A DNA stretch of 50,790 bases from Octopus bimaculoides (GCF_001194135.2 NC_068992.1:27744402-27795191); one strand, 5' to 3'; positions 1-13,474 are shown, counted from the stretch's first letter. The notes: generated by a model not told the origin, from the sequence alone. A program made the numbers and translations.

Positions 1-65
<65 letters not shown>

Positions 66-599
66 AAATTACTTTATGCCCAAAGATGTGTGTTTGTATG
101 TGTGTGTGAAACAAACTGAAAGATGCATTTTTACCTCCGTCTAAGAAAACAATAAATCTTTAAACTTACTGTACATGTACATATGTGTGTATGTTTGTGT
201 ATATGTACACATGTAATTATCTAAGAATCCCTAAGTCAGAAAAAAATATGCACTTGTATATTTATCAAATATGGTATGTATAGTAATCAAATCACACAGT
301 ATTATAGATACATCATAGCCACTCTTATTAATTGGTTTCACACTGGGTATTAGATAAGTGGATATTAAATAATATCATCTCTGAAGAGCACATTGTGTTA
401 CTTAACTGTGCTGTTATCTAAACATCTGGTCACCTTGTACCCAGAATGAAACCGGCTGATAAGATTAGCTGAAATGGATCTAAAGTATGGTATACTTTGA
501 TTAATATATGCATGCACCAAAATATTATTGTCAAACTGTCCAACCTATGCCAATATGGAAGACAGACATAAAATGTTGATGATGGTATATTGTTATCAA

Positions 600-830
600 G
601 ATGATGAACAACTGTGCTTTCATTGGTAAAGCAAGTCTTCATGCAACATCCCTGCCATTTGTTGCATTTCTTTTTTGTGACATTCAGTATCTGGAGACCA
701 ACCTTCACTACCTCTGTTCATATATTCCTTGACATTTCTCTTCCATTGGCTCCTTCCACATCTCCTGGCCTTCTTCTCCCACCTGTCATCATCCATACAC
801 ACCAAATGTCTATACCAGCATAGCTGTCTT
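600..830 (-). mobile_element. Degenerate RTE LINE ORF2 3' end
   Basis: The peptide MDDDRWEKK..CGR..WK resembles the RTE C-terminal MDEDSCVKK..EGTCGRGRPRKTW seen at 46570-46650. Confidence 0.45.
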
Positions 831-1321
831 TATTGCACACTACAATTGATTCTTATTGCATTCCTCTTAGCTTACCTGTGCCCTACCATTCACACTCACT
901 GACATCACACATCCAATGAATTATGTTTGCTTCATTCTTTTATAATCTGTTGTAAAGTGGTCTTTTACCACTTTTGTATCTGTCTTTTGACAACGGTTGT
1001 CACTCTGACAGATATTGTTATCTTTCAAAGTCATTGGTAGAATGGTTCTATCTGGCACTGTACGACCCCCAGTTTTATAGTGTTATTATCCTCAAAGGGT
1101 TAGATTGTTATTACGTCCACTCAGTATTGCAGTATAATTACTATATCACAGTCTACACATACTCTCGACCTTCTGACCTCCCGTTGACCAACTACTGGTC
1201 TATCTATAATGGCTAGTTACTACCACTTTTTACCAGGAGGGGTGTACAGTTTCACTATACAACATCTTCCCTTTTAATTATATTATTTAACAATCAAATT
1301 CTTTTATTCACATACCTCCTA

Positions 1322-1353
<32 letters not shown>

Positions 1354-1379
1354 CCCATATCTTTTCTTCTTAGGGTCTA

Positions 1380-2331
1380 CTTTTAGAAATTCAGTGTTCT
1401 TCCTTTTCCTTATACGTGTGGTTTCAACTTCTTGTAACTGTGTTGGAATTTGAAAAGTGTCATATAGCCAATCCATCAGTATTTCTACTTTTGTTGGTTC
1501 CTTTTCTATGACTCTTTCCTTAAGCTGATTTCTATGTCTTCTTTCCATTCCATTTCTGCTTCTTACACCATACATCATTCTTCCTATGTATGTTACAATT
1601 TCTCCTTCTTCCTAATATTGCTTGCTATTTTTGTACATCCTTACATATACCTTATCTAAAAAGGTTCTGTTGACACCATACAATCTGCCTTTTATTCTGA
1701 AAGAGAGACTTTTTGTTACCAATAGAGGTAAATGTTCTCTGAACTTTCTCCAGCCAATTTGTATTCTAGCAACTACACTTTCAGAGCTTCGTCTTCCACT
1801 GCTAATTCGGACATCTATACAACAGTGACTGTCTTCTACTTCTTGGGAGTCTCCTGGACATTTCAGAACATCTATTTTTTCCGTGTGCACTTATTATTGC
1901 TGTTGCACATCTGCCATAAACAAATTCTACTTTCTCTGTTAAGCTTCCTCTGACTCCACTGCATGTCTTATGTGTCCATAGTTTTCACTAAATACACTAA
2001 ATAGAATTTCTACCTACATTTTTTCTACATATGAAACAGAGTCATTTACTTGTAGGGATTGGTGTTCAGTCTGTTTTCCTGCAAATAAAAACTTTAGTGT
2101 TTGCTAAGTTAACTTTAAGACCCTTTGATTCCAGATTTTGTTTTCACACTTGGAATTTCAATTCTAATTCTTCTATACTTTCAGCTATTAGAACAATGTT
2201 ATCAGGGTGGAGGTGTTCCCATGGGCAACTGGTCTTAAATTCCTCTGTTATGGCCTGAAAGTCTATGATAAATAAGATGGGGCTGAAACTCTGATGAACT
2301 CTTACCTGCATACTGAATTCATCCCCGCTCT

Positions 2332-2416
<85 letters not shown>

Positions 2417-2700
2417 TAGACTTAATCTATCACCCAGTTTAACACCACCACCTATCATTTTGGATACCATTAATGGATCCACTACAGGTATTTACTTACA
2501 AACAATGTCCTTTAAATATAAATTTAAACTGAGAAGCTCAGTATGTCTTAATTCTGAGTTTCTTGTCACAATTCAATCAACTGTTTATTAAAGCCTCATT
2601 TTCTCTCATTAGATGAGAAAGACAAGATTCTCTCCTGGTACAGAGTCAGTACTGGTAGCACAATAAAATGTACTTAGTTCAAATTGTAAAACAGTCAGTG
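1380..2700 (-). mobile_element. Decayed RTE LINE RT/thumb fragment
   Basis: Broken ORFs VHQ..SPILFII.FQAITEEFKTSCPWE..HPDNIVLIAESIEELELKFQV (RT, degenerate YADD) and SESVVARIQIGWRKFREHLPLLVTKSLSFRIKGRLYG. Clearly homologous to the ORF at 45913-46566. Confidence 0.85.
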
Positions 2701-3805
2701 ATAGTGAGGACACACAACCTTAAAAACTGTAATATACACAACATAGATTGGCAGTGTTCTCTGTTGTGTATATCAAATGATAAAGGATTAAGACGCTGGT
2801 GAGACGGTGTGTTTACATTCGTTCATATATACATACATACAAATACACATGCATACATACAAACATGCATGCATACAAACATACATACATACACACATAC
2901 ACACACATACATACATACATTAACTCATTCATTCATATATAAATACATAGTCCATCGCCTCCAAAAGACAGGTTATGTACTAATCTACTTAAATCGAAGT
3001 ATAGCTAAACATGTCTTCTTGGAAACGAAGTATAACTTCATAATCCATAATCTTCAGGTAAATAACATACCTTGGAACAATAAAAAATATTTTATGGGAT
3101 TGGGTTAATGATAAGGTCATTGGCAAACCCAGAACATTCTTTTGCCTTCCTTTGCCTTTTAATTTTTCTTTCATTCACATCTCTGCAACCAAGTGTATTT
3201 GAAAATATTACCTCTGCACTTCCAGTGTAATGAAGGCATTGACACAGAAAACACAATATCCTAAAACAAATATTATGAACTTTAGTGAATAGTCACTAGA
3301 ACTAAAAGGGTGAGTTATGTTACCTAGACAATTCAATCATTTCTGTTGTTAGGGATTAATTACTAACACAGTGTTTAGTTTGTTATGGGTTTTTCCTTGT
3401 ATTTTTTTAATGTTGTCTCAAACTACAGAGACACATCAAAAAGCTGGTGTTTAGCTTTGGGCTGAAAATCCAGTACTTATTTCCAATACTTTAGTAAAGT
3501 AATTTATCCAGAATTATTTGGCCATTTGTTGTAAAAGAAATTAAAACATAAATCTATACAAAAAAAAAAAAATCTACATAAAACATTAGTGTTAATCATT
3601 TACCAAATCACAAGGGTCCCATAGTTTTCATAGTGTTAGGTACATAAAAAATAAATCTATCCCTCAGACTGGATGCTGGTAGATTTTGTCAAGAGAAGAA
3701 TTGAAATAAATCAACAAAATCCTTGTTAATTGCACAATGCTGTAACTGCTAATAGAGATGAATATATCTGATTCTGCTAATTTAGTCATCATCTTGACCT
3801 TCACA

Positions 3806-3955
3806 CATTAGCATAGCTAGGGGGTGGCCAGTAGGGGTTGTCCACCCCGGGTGGCACTTTTGAGTTTGCTGTAGGAAATATGTGTTTTTTGTGTGGTCTA
3901 GGGGCAGCAAATTGAAGGGCCACCCTGGGCGGCACACACTCTAGCTATGCTAGTG
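3806..3955. mobile_element. 150-bp hAT-type MITE
   Basis: TIRs CATTAGCATAGCTAG / CTAGCTATGCTAGTG. Flanks CCTTCACA / CTCTCACA look like an 8-bp TSD (6/8 match). Confidence 0.7.
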
Positions 3956-4035
3956 CTCTCACAGATTTTTATTTCTATAGAAAGATACATCGTTTTTTTT
4001 TCCATACATATATACATAGAAATATGCATGTACAT

Positions 4036-4078
<43 letters not shown>

Positions 4079-4246
4079 AGCATACAGACTTTTTAATTTT
4101 ATTTTTATTAGAAGGAATTAATTAGGTTGTGTCCTTACTAAGACATTGACCTTTATTTGTCATTCCAGTCTAGGGTTGTTCACAGCCAGGACTGTATTCA
4201 GATGCTAGTTGTTGACAGCTTTTCTCATTCAAATGTTACAAGGTAC

Positions 4247-4572
4247 AGGCATGGCTGTGTGGTTAAGAAGCTTGCTCTCCAACCAAGTAGCATTGGGTTC
4301 AATCCTGCTGTAAGTCACCTTTGGCAAGTGTCTTCTATTATGGCCCCTGGTCAACCAAAGTCTTGTGAATGGATTTTGTCATAAAAGCAAAGCTGTTTAC
4401 CATCAGTCTTGCACAAAAAAAAAAAAAACATGTATTACTATGGCAAAATATTACCATGCTTGGAAACAAATTAACATTGGTGACAGGAAAGACATCTGTA
4501 TGTAGAAAATCTGCTTCAACAGAATTCCATTTGACCCATGCAAGCTTGGAAAAATGAATGTTAAATGCTGAT
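4247..4572 (+). mobile_element. tRNA-headed SINE (family B head) carrying an RTE-type 3' tail
   Basis: Head GGCATGGCTGTGTGGTTAAGAAG..GGGTTCAATCC..GGCAAGTGTCTTCTA is shared with 39370-39220 and 48006-. The tail ..GACAGGAAAGACATC..GACCCATGCAAGC..GTTAAATG resembles the RTE tail at 47345-47495. Confidence 0.7.
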
Positions 4573-4740
4573 ATACACATGCATACAAACATGGCAGTTG
4601 CAACTGGATTTTGAGCAATGCCATTTCTTTATTGTTTTCTTAAACGTGAGTAGCACAGATGTGGCTTTTCAGTCCTGCTAGGGACCTAGGGACCTACATT
4701 CTTTCACTTAGATGTGGCAACGATGGCTGTAGGTGTTTAA

Positions 4741-4950
4741 CCCTTTTGTTACTGTATTTAATTTGAGATGCTCTGTGTTTCTTTCAATTACTTTAAATAT
4801 AAAAAAGAATTTAGTAAAATAACTTAGTTATCATTCAGCTAGTGTTAGGAACATAAATTGTGACTAAGGTTTGGTGGAAGATTTTAATTCAAAACAAGAC
4901 ATTTGTACTCAGAGACAGAGCCGGTTTCAGCCGGGTTGGTAACAAAAAGG
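4741..4950. mobile_element. piggyBac-type MITE (family P1), complete
   Basis: TTAA at 4737-4740 and 4951-4954; ends CCCTTTTGTTAC / GTAACAAAAAGG. A reverse-complement copy lies at 50331-50505. Confidence 0.85.
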
Positions 4951-5058
4951 TTAAAAGTTTTACTACTCACACTGACACACACCTTCACTCCATCATGGAA
5001 TTTTTCAATAAATGTTTTGATTTTTCCAGCAAAGCTCAGCCATAGTATGCAACACATT

Positions 5059-5443
5059 GTTGTTCGCACTCCATCGCTTACGATGTCGAGGGTTCCAGTT
5101 GATCCGATCAACGGAACAGCCTGCTCATGAAATTAATGTGCAAGTGGCTGAGCACTCCACAGACACGTGTACTCTTAACGTAGTTCTCGAGGATATTCAG
5201 CGTGACACAGTGTGATAAGGCTGACCCTTTGAATTACAGGCACAACAGAAACAGGAAGAAAGAGTGAGAGAAAGTTGTGGTGAAAAAGTACAGCAGGGTT
5301 TGCCACCATTCCCTGCCGGAGCCTCATGGAGCTTTAGGTGTTTTCGCTCAATAAACACTCACAACGCCCAGTCTAGGAATCAAAACCGCGATCCTATGAC
5401 CGCGAGTCCACTGCTCTAACCACTGGGCCATTGTGTCTCGACG
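5059..5443 (-). mobile_element. Full-length tRNA-derived SINE, family A
   Basis: A box TGGCCCAGTGG, B-box-like GGTTTTGATTCC and (AAC)n tail. 12-bp TSD ATGCAACACATT at 5047-5058 and 5444-5455. Confidence 0.92.
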
Positions 5444-6169
5444 ATGCAACACATTACAGAGATGTTAATAAATGTTAAATATCAAGCAATGTCTGTACCT
5501 GAAGCTTTTTAAAATGAGTAACAGGCCTTGCACAGGGCCAATTCTACCCTCGAAATAATGAATGCCTCTGCCCAAAAAGAAGAACTAACCAACCTCATTG
5601 AATGCAAACAAAATCGCTGGTGTTACATCAAAGTTTTCCTTCTCCAAGAGAAACATCTAAACAGAGACAAGGTGTCTTTCACTCCCAGCTGTGTGGAATG
5701 GCTGTTAACTCTGATGAAATCATCTGCCATTTGACAGGTTTGTCTTTCATCCTTATCAAACAGGCTTGATAGTGTTGTCAGTTTGGGTCACCAACAGCCC
5801 AACCATGCAACCCTCATACATACACAAATGTAAAGAGTTTTATCTATCTATCTATCTATCTATCTTTCTATCTCTGTATATATAATTGTATAAAACAATT
5901 AAGTTCTTGTCCCCTTCCTTACTATAATAAGCATAAAGTACACAACAAAGCTAACATTAGAGGTAAATAAATATTATAACTAATCAAACAGAATTTTCTT
6001 CAAGATTTATCTTTCCATAGTAAATACAGCAATAATGATTTTCATATTGGTACAAAGCCACAAATGTTAACAAAGGATGTATAATCAATGAATCAACTGT
6101 CAGTATATTGCTGTTTGCTTGTTTGTTTTTACTTTTTTTTCTCTTTTTTTATCAAACCATTCTAATAAT

Positions 6170-7341
6170 GATTTTTAACATAGACACACTGCCAGAAATT
6201 GGATGGAAAGAGTTAGGTGATCTTATCAATCCAGTACTTGACAAGAATTATTACGGAATGATATAAAAGCAAAGTTTAACACATTAAAATTTGAACTCAG
6301 AATATGAAGAACCAAATACTGCAAGACATTTTGTTCAATACTGTGACAATTCTGCTATTCCAGTATTCTGATAACTTCTAACAATACATACAAGGTCAGG
6401 AATTTAGAGGGAAGGAACAATCAATTATATCCATTGCAATATTTGACTGGTACTTTATTATATTGAATCTAGGAGGATGAAGGCAATGTTGTCCTTGGTG
6501 AGATTTGAACTTAATATGTAAAGTACCAGAACAAATACCACAAAACCTTTTTGTCCACTTCTCTAATGCCTCAGCTAGTCCAAAGCCATTATTATCTTAA
6601 TCATCATCAATCAACATATGTCTTGCATGCTGGCATGTGCTGGAAGGCTTGACAGGAACTGGCAAGCCAGAAAACTGCACAAACCAATGGATCATTAAAG
6701 CAGTGGACAAAACAGCTGAAGTATTTATGGTTGTTTTCATTCGGAGCTCAGATGCTGCCAAGATCAACTTGGCCTTTTATCTATTGTCTTGCTTTGGCAT
6801 GGTTTCCATGGCTGGATGTTTTTCCTAATGCTAACCACTTTACAGAGTGTGCTGGATGCTTTTTATGTGGCACCAGCACTTGTGCTTTTTACAAGGCATC
6901 AACATCAGTGGGGTCACCAAGTAACTTGCAAGATTAAGACCTCTCAGTTGGGAGAGGGAGTGAAGCTGCAGGAAGTGGCCTTGTGTCGGGTGAGAGGTTA
7001 GAGTATAATAGTCGGATAAAAGTAGGAGTCTTACTTTAGACAAGATACTTGGCTACCCAAGTAAGAAAACAGAAGAGGGGAAGGCGAGATACTGTTAGAG
7101 AGTAGATAATAATAATAATAATAATAATCCTTTCTACTAAAGACACAAGGCCTGGAATTTGGGAGAGGGAACTAGTTGATTACATCCACCCCACTGTTCA
7201 CCTGGTGCTTATTTTATCAACCCCAAAAGGATGAAAGGTAACGTTGACCTCAACAGAATTTGAACTTGAAACATAAAGACGGATGAAATGCCAATAGGCA
7301 TTTTGTCCAACATGCTAATGACTCAGCCAACTCAGCAGCTA

Positions 7342-7410
<69 letters not shown>

Positions 7411-7576
7411 CCTTTCTACTATAGGCACAAGGCCTGAAATTTGTGGGAGGGGTATAGTTGATTACATTGACCTTGAAACAATGAAAGGCAATGTCGACCA
7501 CAGCAGTATTTGAACTCAGAATGTAGTGACAAATGAAATATCAACATGTTAACAATTCTGCCAGCTTGCTACCTTA

Positions 7577-7652
<76 letters not shown>

Positions 7653-8080
7653 TAATAATAATAATAAATAATAGCAGGGGTACACAGCTAAAATTTTTGT
7701 TGGGTAGCTATTGTTGATGAAATTTATTCCCCTGGTGCTTAATTTTCTGAATTCAAGGGCATTTTAATTTCCTAACATTAGGTAACATAATCAAATACCA
7801 CAAGGCATTTTGTCCACTGCTCTACCAGTTCTACCACCTGCTGCCCTCATCATAATTCACTGTGACTTAGTCATAAGATTACAAATTTCCAAAGTGATTT
7901 CAAATCTTAATATTCAATCATAATCTCATTTACATGTTTAATAGGAATATTAAATCAAGCGTACTACATGGGAGTTTAGATTATTGATCTTTCCGAATGG
8001 ATAAAAAAGCCAAGTTGACCTTGACAGCATTTGAGCTCTGAACATAAGCAACCATAAACACTGCAGCTGTTTTTTCCACA
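6170..8080 (-). mobile_element. Cluster of family F SINEs separated by (TAA)n tracts, with an RTE-tailed element at ~6600-7095
   Basis: Clear copies at 7127-7340 and 7409-7575 (ATCCTTTCTACT..GGCACAAGGCC..AAAGGATGAAAGG..GACCT..ATTTGAAC). Degenerate copies near 6200-6350, 6400-6580, 7680-7850 and 7960-8075. (TAA)n at 7107-7128, 7343-7410 and 7576-7670. Confidence 0.8.
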
Positions 8081-8804
8081 GCTTTAATGATTTTGATGAT
8101 CCACTGCTTTGTTGTTCAAATTTGATCCAGTATCTGTGGAATGAAATGATTGGCTGCAATTGTTTGGACACTGAAAATTTGGCATGGCTGACTGAATATT
8201 CAAACTGTTTTGGCAACAGTGGCTCTAGAGGTAAACATACAGAAATAGATGCTTGCAGATCGAAAGAGAGAGAGAAACATTAAAAATTATTAATTGAACA
8301 CAAGTGACATGAACACTTCTTCCCTCTCCTCATACACAAAGAAAAATAGAATCACACACATAAACAAAGTAAGAGAAAGAGAGTGAAACATTAAAACGTC
8401 TCATATGTAATATATTAGTTCGCCCATCATTGTTGATGATGACCAAGGACATCACATGGGAGAAGATGACGGGGCATGGAGTGTCCAGATTAATCCGAAG
8501 CATGCCTAGAAGGCTCTGCAACAGGTTGGACCTGGTGATCTGTTGGGACTGAAGGCAAGAAATTAGCTCTGAGTATGAAAAATTCGTGTTTTCTTTGTGC
8601 CCCTACAATTCTGTTTTCTTCATAGGAGGTGGAACCTCTGTTGGTGTATCTTTGCCAGGCAGGGTGATCTTGTACTTGCATTTCTCAAGTGGCAAATAAG
8701 TCAGTATTGAGTACATGATGCCAAATAAGCAGGGCCAAAATGGTTGTGCCTAAATATCTCATACTCCAAAATATAACTGGTAATAATTTTATTGACCAAA
8801 AAGT

Positions 8805-9010
8805 ATGATGGTATAGTGGTTAGAGAGTTGAGCTCATGAGCATAGCCATAGATTTGATTGCTGCACCAGGTAGCACATTGTATTCTTGAGCAAAGCACCC
8901 CATTTTATGTTGTTTCAATCTAATCAATTGATAGGAGTACCAGTTGTAGCGGGGAGGGGGGAGTAACTTGTGTTTCATCCAATAAGGAGTCTTGTACTCC
9001 AGTCTCTTAT
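8805..9010 (+). mobile_element. Old tRNA-headed SINE (family E)
   Basis: GGTATAGTGGTTAGAG head and TTCTTGAGCAAAGCAC core. A related minus-strand copy is at 13330-13470. Confidence 0.5.
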
Positions 9011-9400
9011 AAAACTAGAATAAGCTATTGCTTAATGAACCTGTAGGCTCAAGACAGACCAGAAGTGTGGCAAACATACCTGACCTAGATGAGATTAGAA
9101 CTCATAATGGCACTACCTAAATACTGCAATGCATTTTGTCAGTTGTTAATACCAATTCTGCCATAAAACCACATTTCTTTATGTACATATCTGAACCAAT
9201 GAGGGAGTCTTTATGTGGTTGTTCAACCTGTTAGAAATAGCAACCAAATCTCTCCCAAATAATATATTTTACCACTTGAAAAAATGTGGACACATTTGTT
9301 AATGCAGTCCTAGATAGACTGCGTCTGAAAAAAACCAGGCGGTCAGAGGTAAAACAACATTAATCATAGGTCTACTCAATCAGAGCTGGCCTGGTATTAA

Positions 9401-9536
9401 CCCTTTGAGCCCTGACCTCCTGGACCTTATTTTACCATATACCTGGCACTTCACCAGTGCTACAGTATGGAGCAGTGCTATGGTATAGATAAAAATAAGC
9501 CATCCACAGGTAAACCGGTGTTATGGGCTCAAAGGG
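9401..9536. mobile_element. 136-bp piggyBac-type MITE
   Basis: Perfect 12-bp TIR CCCTTTGAGCCC / GGGCTCAAAGGG, with TTAA on both sides (9397-9400, 9537-9540). Confidence 0.9.
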
Positions 9537-9645
9537 TTAAACAACAACAATGCACAATCATGTGAAGTAGTAATTGTTGAAGTCGAAGATAACCTAGTGA
9601 CATGGAAGTAACGGCCTTGGCTTTAACAAACTATAACACTTAATA

Positions 9646-9952
9646 CATCATCTTCATCATCATTTAACGTCCGCTTTCCATGCTAGCATGGGTTGGACGA
9701 TTTGATTGAGGGCTGGTGAAACCAGATGGCTACACCAGGCTCCAATCTGATTTGGCAGAGTTTCTACAGCTGGATGCCCTTCCTAACGCCAATCACTCAG
9801 AGAGTGTAGTGGGTGCTTTTATGTGTCACCCGCACGAAGGTCAGTCAGGCGGTACTGGCAAAGGCCACGCTCAAAATGGTGTATTTTATGTGCCACCCGC
9901 ACAAGAGCCAATCCAGGGGCACTGGCAACGATCTCGCTCGAAAATCCTTATA
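9646..9952 (-). mobile_element. 5'-truncated RTE LINE 3' UTR/tail
   Basis: (CAT)n TTAACGTCCGCTTTCCATGCTAGCATGG..CAGCTGGATGCCCTTCCTAACGCC, the reverse complement of 47300-47495. Includes one 62-bp subrepeat unit like those at 50508-50790. Confidence 0.85.
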
Positions 9953-9972
9953 CATGTCATAGTAAAAATATA

Positions 9973-10268
9973 NNNNNNNNNNNNNNNNNNNNNNNNNNNN
10001 NNNNNNNNNNNNNNNNNNNNNNNNNNNNNNNNNNNNNNNNNNNNNNNNNNNNNNNNNNNNNNNNNNNNNNNNNNNNNNNNNNNNNNNNNNNNNNNNNNNN
10101 NNNNNNNNNNNNNNNNNNNNNNNNNNNNNNNNNNNNNNNNNNNNNNNNNNNNNNNNNNNNNNNNNNNNNNNNNNNNNNNNNNNNNNNNNNNNNNNNNNNN
10201 NNNNNNNNNNNNNNNNNNNNNNNNNNNNNNNNNNNNNNNNNNNNNNNNNNNNNNNNNNNNNNNNNNNN
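9973..10268. other. Assembly gap (N run)
   Basis: N run. The other gaps are 25560-26082, 38623-38632 and 48241-48793, each bordered by (TA)n or (TG)n. Confidence 0.99.
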
Positions 10269-11104
10269 GTCGAGTGGTTAGCAATAGAATGGATGTCCAA
10301 CCAGACAAGAAAAAGAAACAACTTAATTTGAGAACAATAGCATCATTGGTTACACATATCCACCAAAAAAAAAAAAAAAACCCACACCAAGAACTGAAGA
10401 ATAACAATATTCAACAATAAGTCAGAGCACTTGAGCTAGATACATAAGGAACAGTTAAAGAACAATTCCTAGAAATGCTTAGACTCTGAAAAGTTGAAAA
10501 TGGATGACATTTATGGGATGCATAATTAGTTCACAGTAATTTCCAAGCTCCAACCTCAATATTACTAAAAAAGTTATTTTTGTTTAAATTTTAGCCCTTT
10601 GACTGTCCAAATAATTTTCTGAAGTTTGTCCTAAATGCCCATGCTTGCTTTCAGACTGAATAATGAACAGTTTTCTTCTCATAAGATCCAAGTTATTCTG
10701 GTGGTGGAAAACAATTGGGAATGTGTATCACATATGATGTACAAACACCAGGGAAATATGTCCTGTTTATCATATGTGATACACATAACAGGCAAAGAGT
10801 TAAAATAGAAAGTTGCCTTTGCACCCACTATGTCACACAGTACATGAATAAATGAAACAATTTACTTTAAAATTATTTTTTTTATTCCATATTTACAAAC
10901 TTTGATATAAAAATTAATATCATTACTTACACATTGTAATAGGGAAGTTATTCTTTTTCTTTACAGTTTATTATAAAGTAATCCAGTGCTTATCAAACAC
11001 AAAAGAAAATTAAATAATATATGTACACTGATACATACATATTCAAGGTTATATATATATATAAATAATATATATATTATATATATGTATATATAACATA
11101 TATA

Positions 11105-11152
<48 letters not shown>

Positions 11153-11893
11153 GACAAAATATAGTATTAATTAATAAAGTGCAGAGACAGAATGATTAAG
11201 ATGCTAATCTTTTAACCAAAGGGAAGAAGTTCAACCCTTCCACGTACCTAGTCATGCGTTACTGAGCTAACGTTGTTAATATCCACACATTGATCAACCA
11301 CTTCTGAAAATATATTCTGCTTTCATTACACTTATTGAAGCAAATTTAAATTTTTGTCTGTGTCATTGTTTGCAAATCATTGTAACTTAAACTATCACAG
11401 TGTTATTTTAAAATAACACTAAGGAAAAGAAAGAGTCTTGGCTGTTTAACAAATCAATAAAATCATTTTTTTTTTTAATAGTCATTAGCATTATACTGTA
11501 TTCTTGATTAATCAAACTATCAAGTTATAAACAAGTACCAGAAGGAAATATTATGTCAAAATCTTGTTCAAAAAATATCTCCAAAGCTCTGCAGTAGGTT
11601 TGATCCTCAGTACTTAGCTTTCCTTGTTTAAGACATTAAACAGAGAACAGATAAAACACACCTTGAATAAGATGCTAGCCTTTTATAGAGATTTCTATTT
11701 ATTGTATACCAAATTCAAAACGGTTACATGAATTGAAGCTGATACTTCAATTTCATTAAGTTATTGTACTTTTATAATTCAGTCTTTCCATAAATCCTTT
11801 CAGAAACCTGCAGACAGCTACAGGAAACCCTAATAGAATGTCCTTGAATATGTTTTTAATCTACAAAATCCCTTGTAGTAACATATTTTTTAC

Positions 11894-12232
11894 CTTTTAC
11901 TTGTTTCAGTCATTGGACTGCAGCCATGCTGGGTTTCCACCTTGAAAGATTTAGTCAAACAAATTTACCCAAGTACATTTTTTTTAAAGCCTAGTACAAT
12001 CTCTTTCACTGAACTAGGAATATAAACAAACCAACACCGGTTTCCAAGCAGTAGTGGGGAACAAACACAAAACACACACACAGATGTGTGTGATGGGCTC
12101 CTTTCAGTCTCTGTTTACCAAATCCACTCACAAGGATTTAGTCTGCCTGGTGTTGTAATAGAAGACACTTGTCCAAGGAGCTGTGCACTAGAACTGAACC
12201 AAGACCACATGGTTGGGAAGCAAACTTCTTAA
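11894..12232 (-). mobile_element. Family B SINE; a partial duplicate lies at 12990-13220
   Basis: TTTTACTTGTTTCAGTCATT..GCCATGCT tail through GAAGACACTTGTCCAAGG..CCACATGGTTGGGAAGCAAACTTCTTA head. Confidence 0.8.
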
Positions 12233-13329
12233 AAACTGCACCTTTGATGTATCTCTTTTCTTGCTTTCTATTTTTTTTTTTTCTTTTTTTTTTTGTTGTT
12301 GTTAATTCATTATAAGACAAGATGTGTGTCAGGCTAGCATTTCAAATTAAATCTGTTTGTATAGTCAAAAGTTCACATTTCCCTTTAGCGTATTAAAGCT
12401 GAAATATTAAATAAAAAAATATTTTCTATTCTCTCTCTTTTTCTTTATTTTTCCTCAGCAATGCTGTGACTTTATATTTCCTTCAGCCACATGTCATACC
12501 TCTGACAAAATACAAGAGTGCTGGCTGTCTGACAAATCAACATTAATCCCTACTTCATGGTCGAGTGGTTAGCAATAGAATGGATGTCCAACCAGACAAG
12601 AAAAAAAAAAAACAACTTGATTTGAGAACAATAGCATCATTGGTTATACATATCCAACAAGCAAATCACTAGTTCAAGGGAGTGTCTACAACTCAGTGCA
12701 GAGCAAAATATCACTAGAGACTATAGCTGAAGAACACAAGATTTTCAGACTTTTCACTTTGAATTCTTTAATCTAAATAGCCTGACCAGTTTACACAACT
12801 CATCTCAAATATACATGTGTATTTTTGACCATTCTTTCTCTCTATCTCTTTCTATGGATGATTAATCATTATAATTCACGGTCTTTTCATAAATCCTTTC
12901 AGTGACCTGCAGACAGCTACAGGAAACCCTGATAGAATGTCCTTGAATATGTTTTTAATCTACAAAATCCCTTGTAGTAACATATTTTTTACCTTTTACT
13001 TGTTTCAGTCATTGGACTGCAGCCATGCAGGGGTTCCACCTTGAAAGATTTAGTCAAACAAATTTACCCAAGTACGTTTTTTTAAAGCCAGGCACTTATT
13101 CTATCAGTCTCTTTCACTGAACTAGGGACATAAACAAACCAACACCAGTTTCAAAGCAGTAGTGGAGACCGATGTGTGTGCATGTAATGGACTTCTATCG
13201 GTCTCTCTTTACCAAATCCAGCAAGAAAGTCACACACTAATCTCTCATCCCCTGACACAAGGTTACCTCCCCTAATACCCTGCCTCTCAAAGGATCTTTG
13301 TTTTATGAGAAAACAGGTGCACAGTGTAT

Positions 13330-13470
13330 CACATGTCAAATATCAAAGCAACCACAGAGCAATATGAGATGAAGTATTTTGTTCAAGAACACAATGTACC
13401 ACCTGGTCCAGGAATTGAAACTAAGATCTCGCAATCATGAGTGCAACACCTTAACCACTAGGCTATGTAC
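13330..13470 (-). mobile_element. Family E SINE head
   Basis: Reverse complement TAGCCTAGTGGTTAAGG..TTTCAATTCCTGGACC..GTGTTCTTGAAC: tRNA-like A/B boxes. Confidence 0.6.
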
Positions 13471-13474
13471 CCTC

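Noticed and set aside
4884-5111. Two similar ORFs beginning MIGSTGTLD (4884-5111 and 37304-37519)
   Set aside because: The shared peptide comes from the family A SINE tail, not from paralogous genes.
9716-10420. Long ORFs spanning N runs (also 25451-26151 and 47912-49099)
   Set aside because: Their length comes from X codons in assembly gaps and flanking microsatellites.
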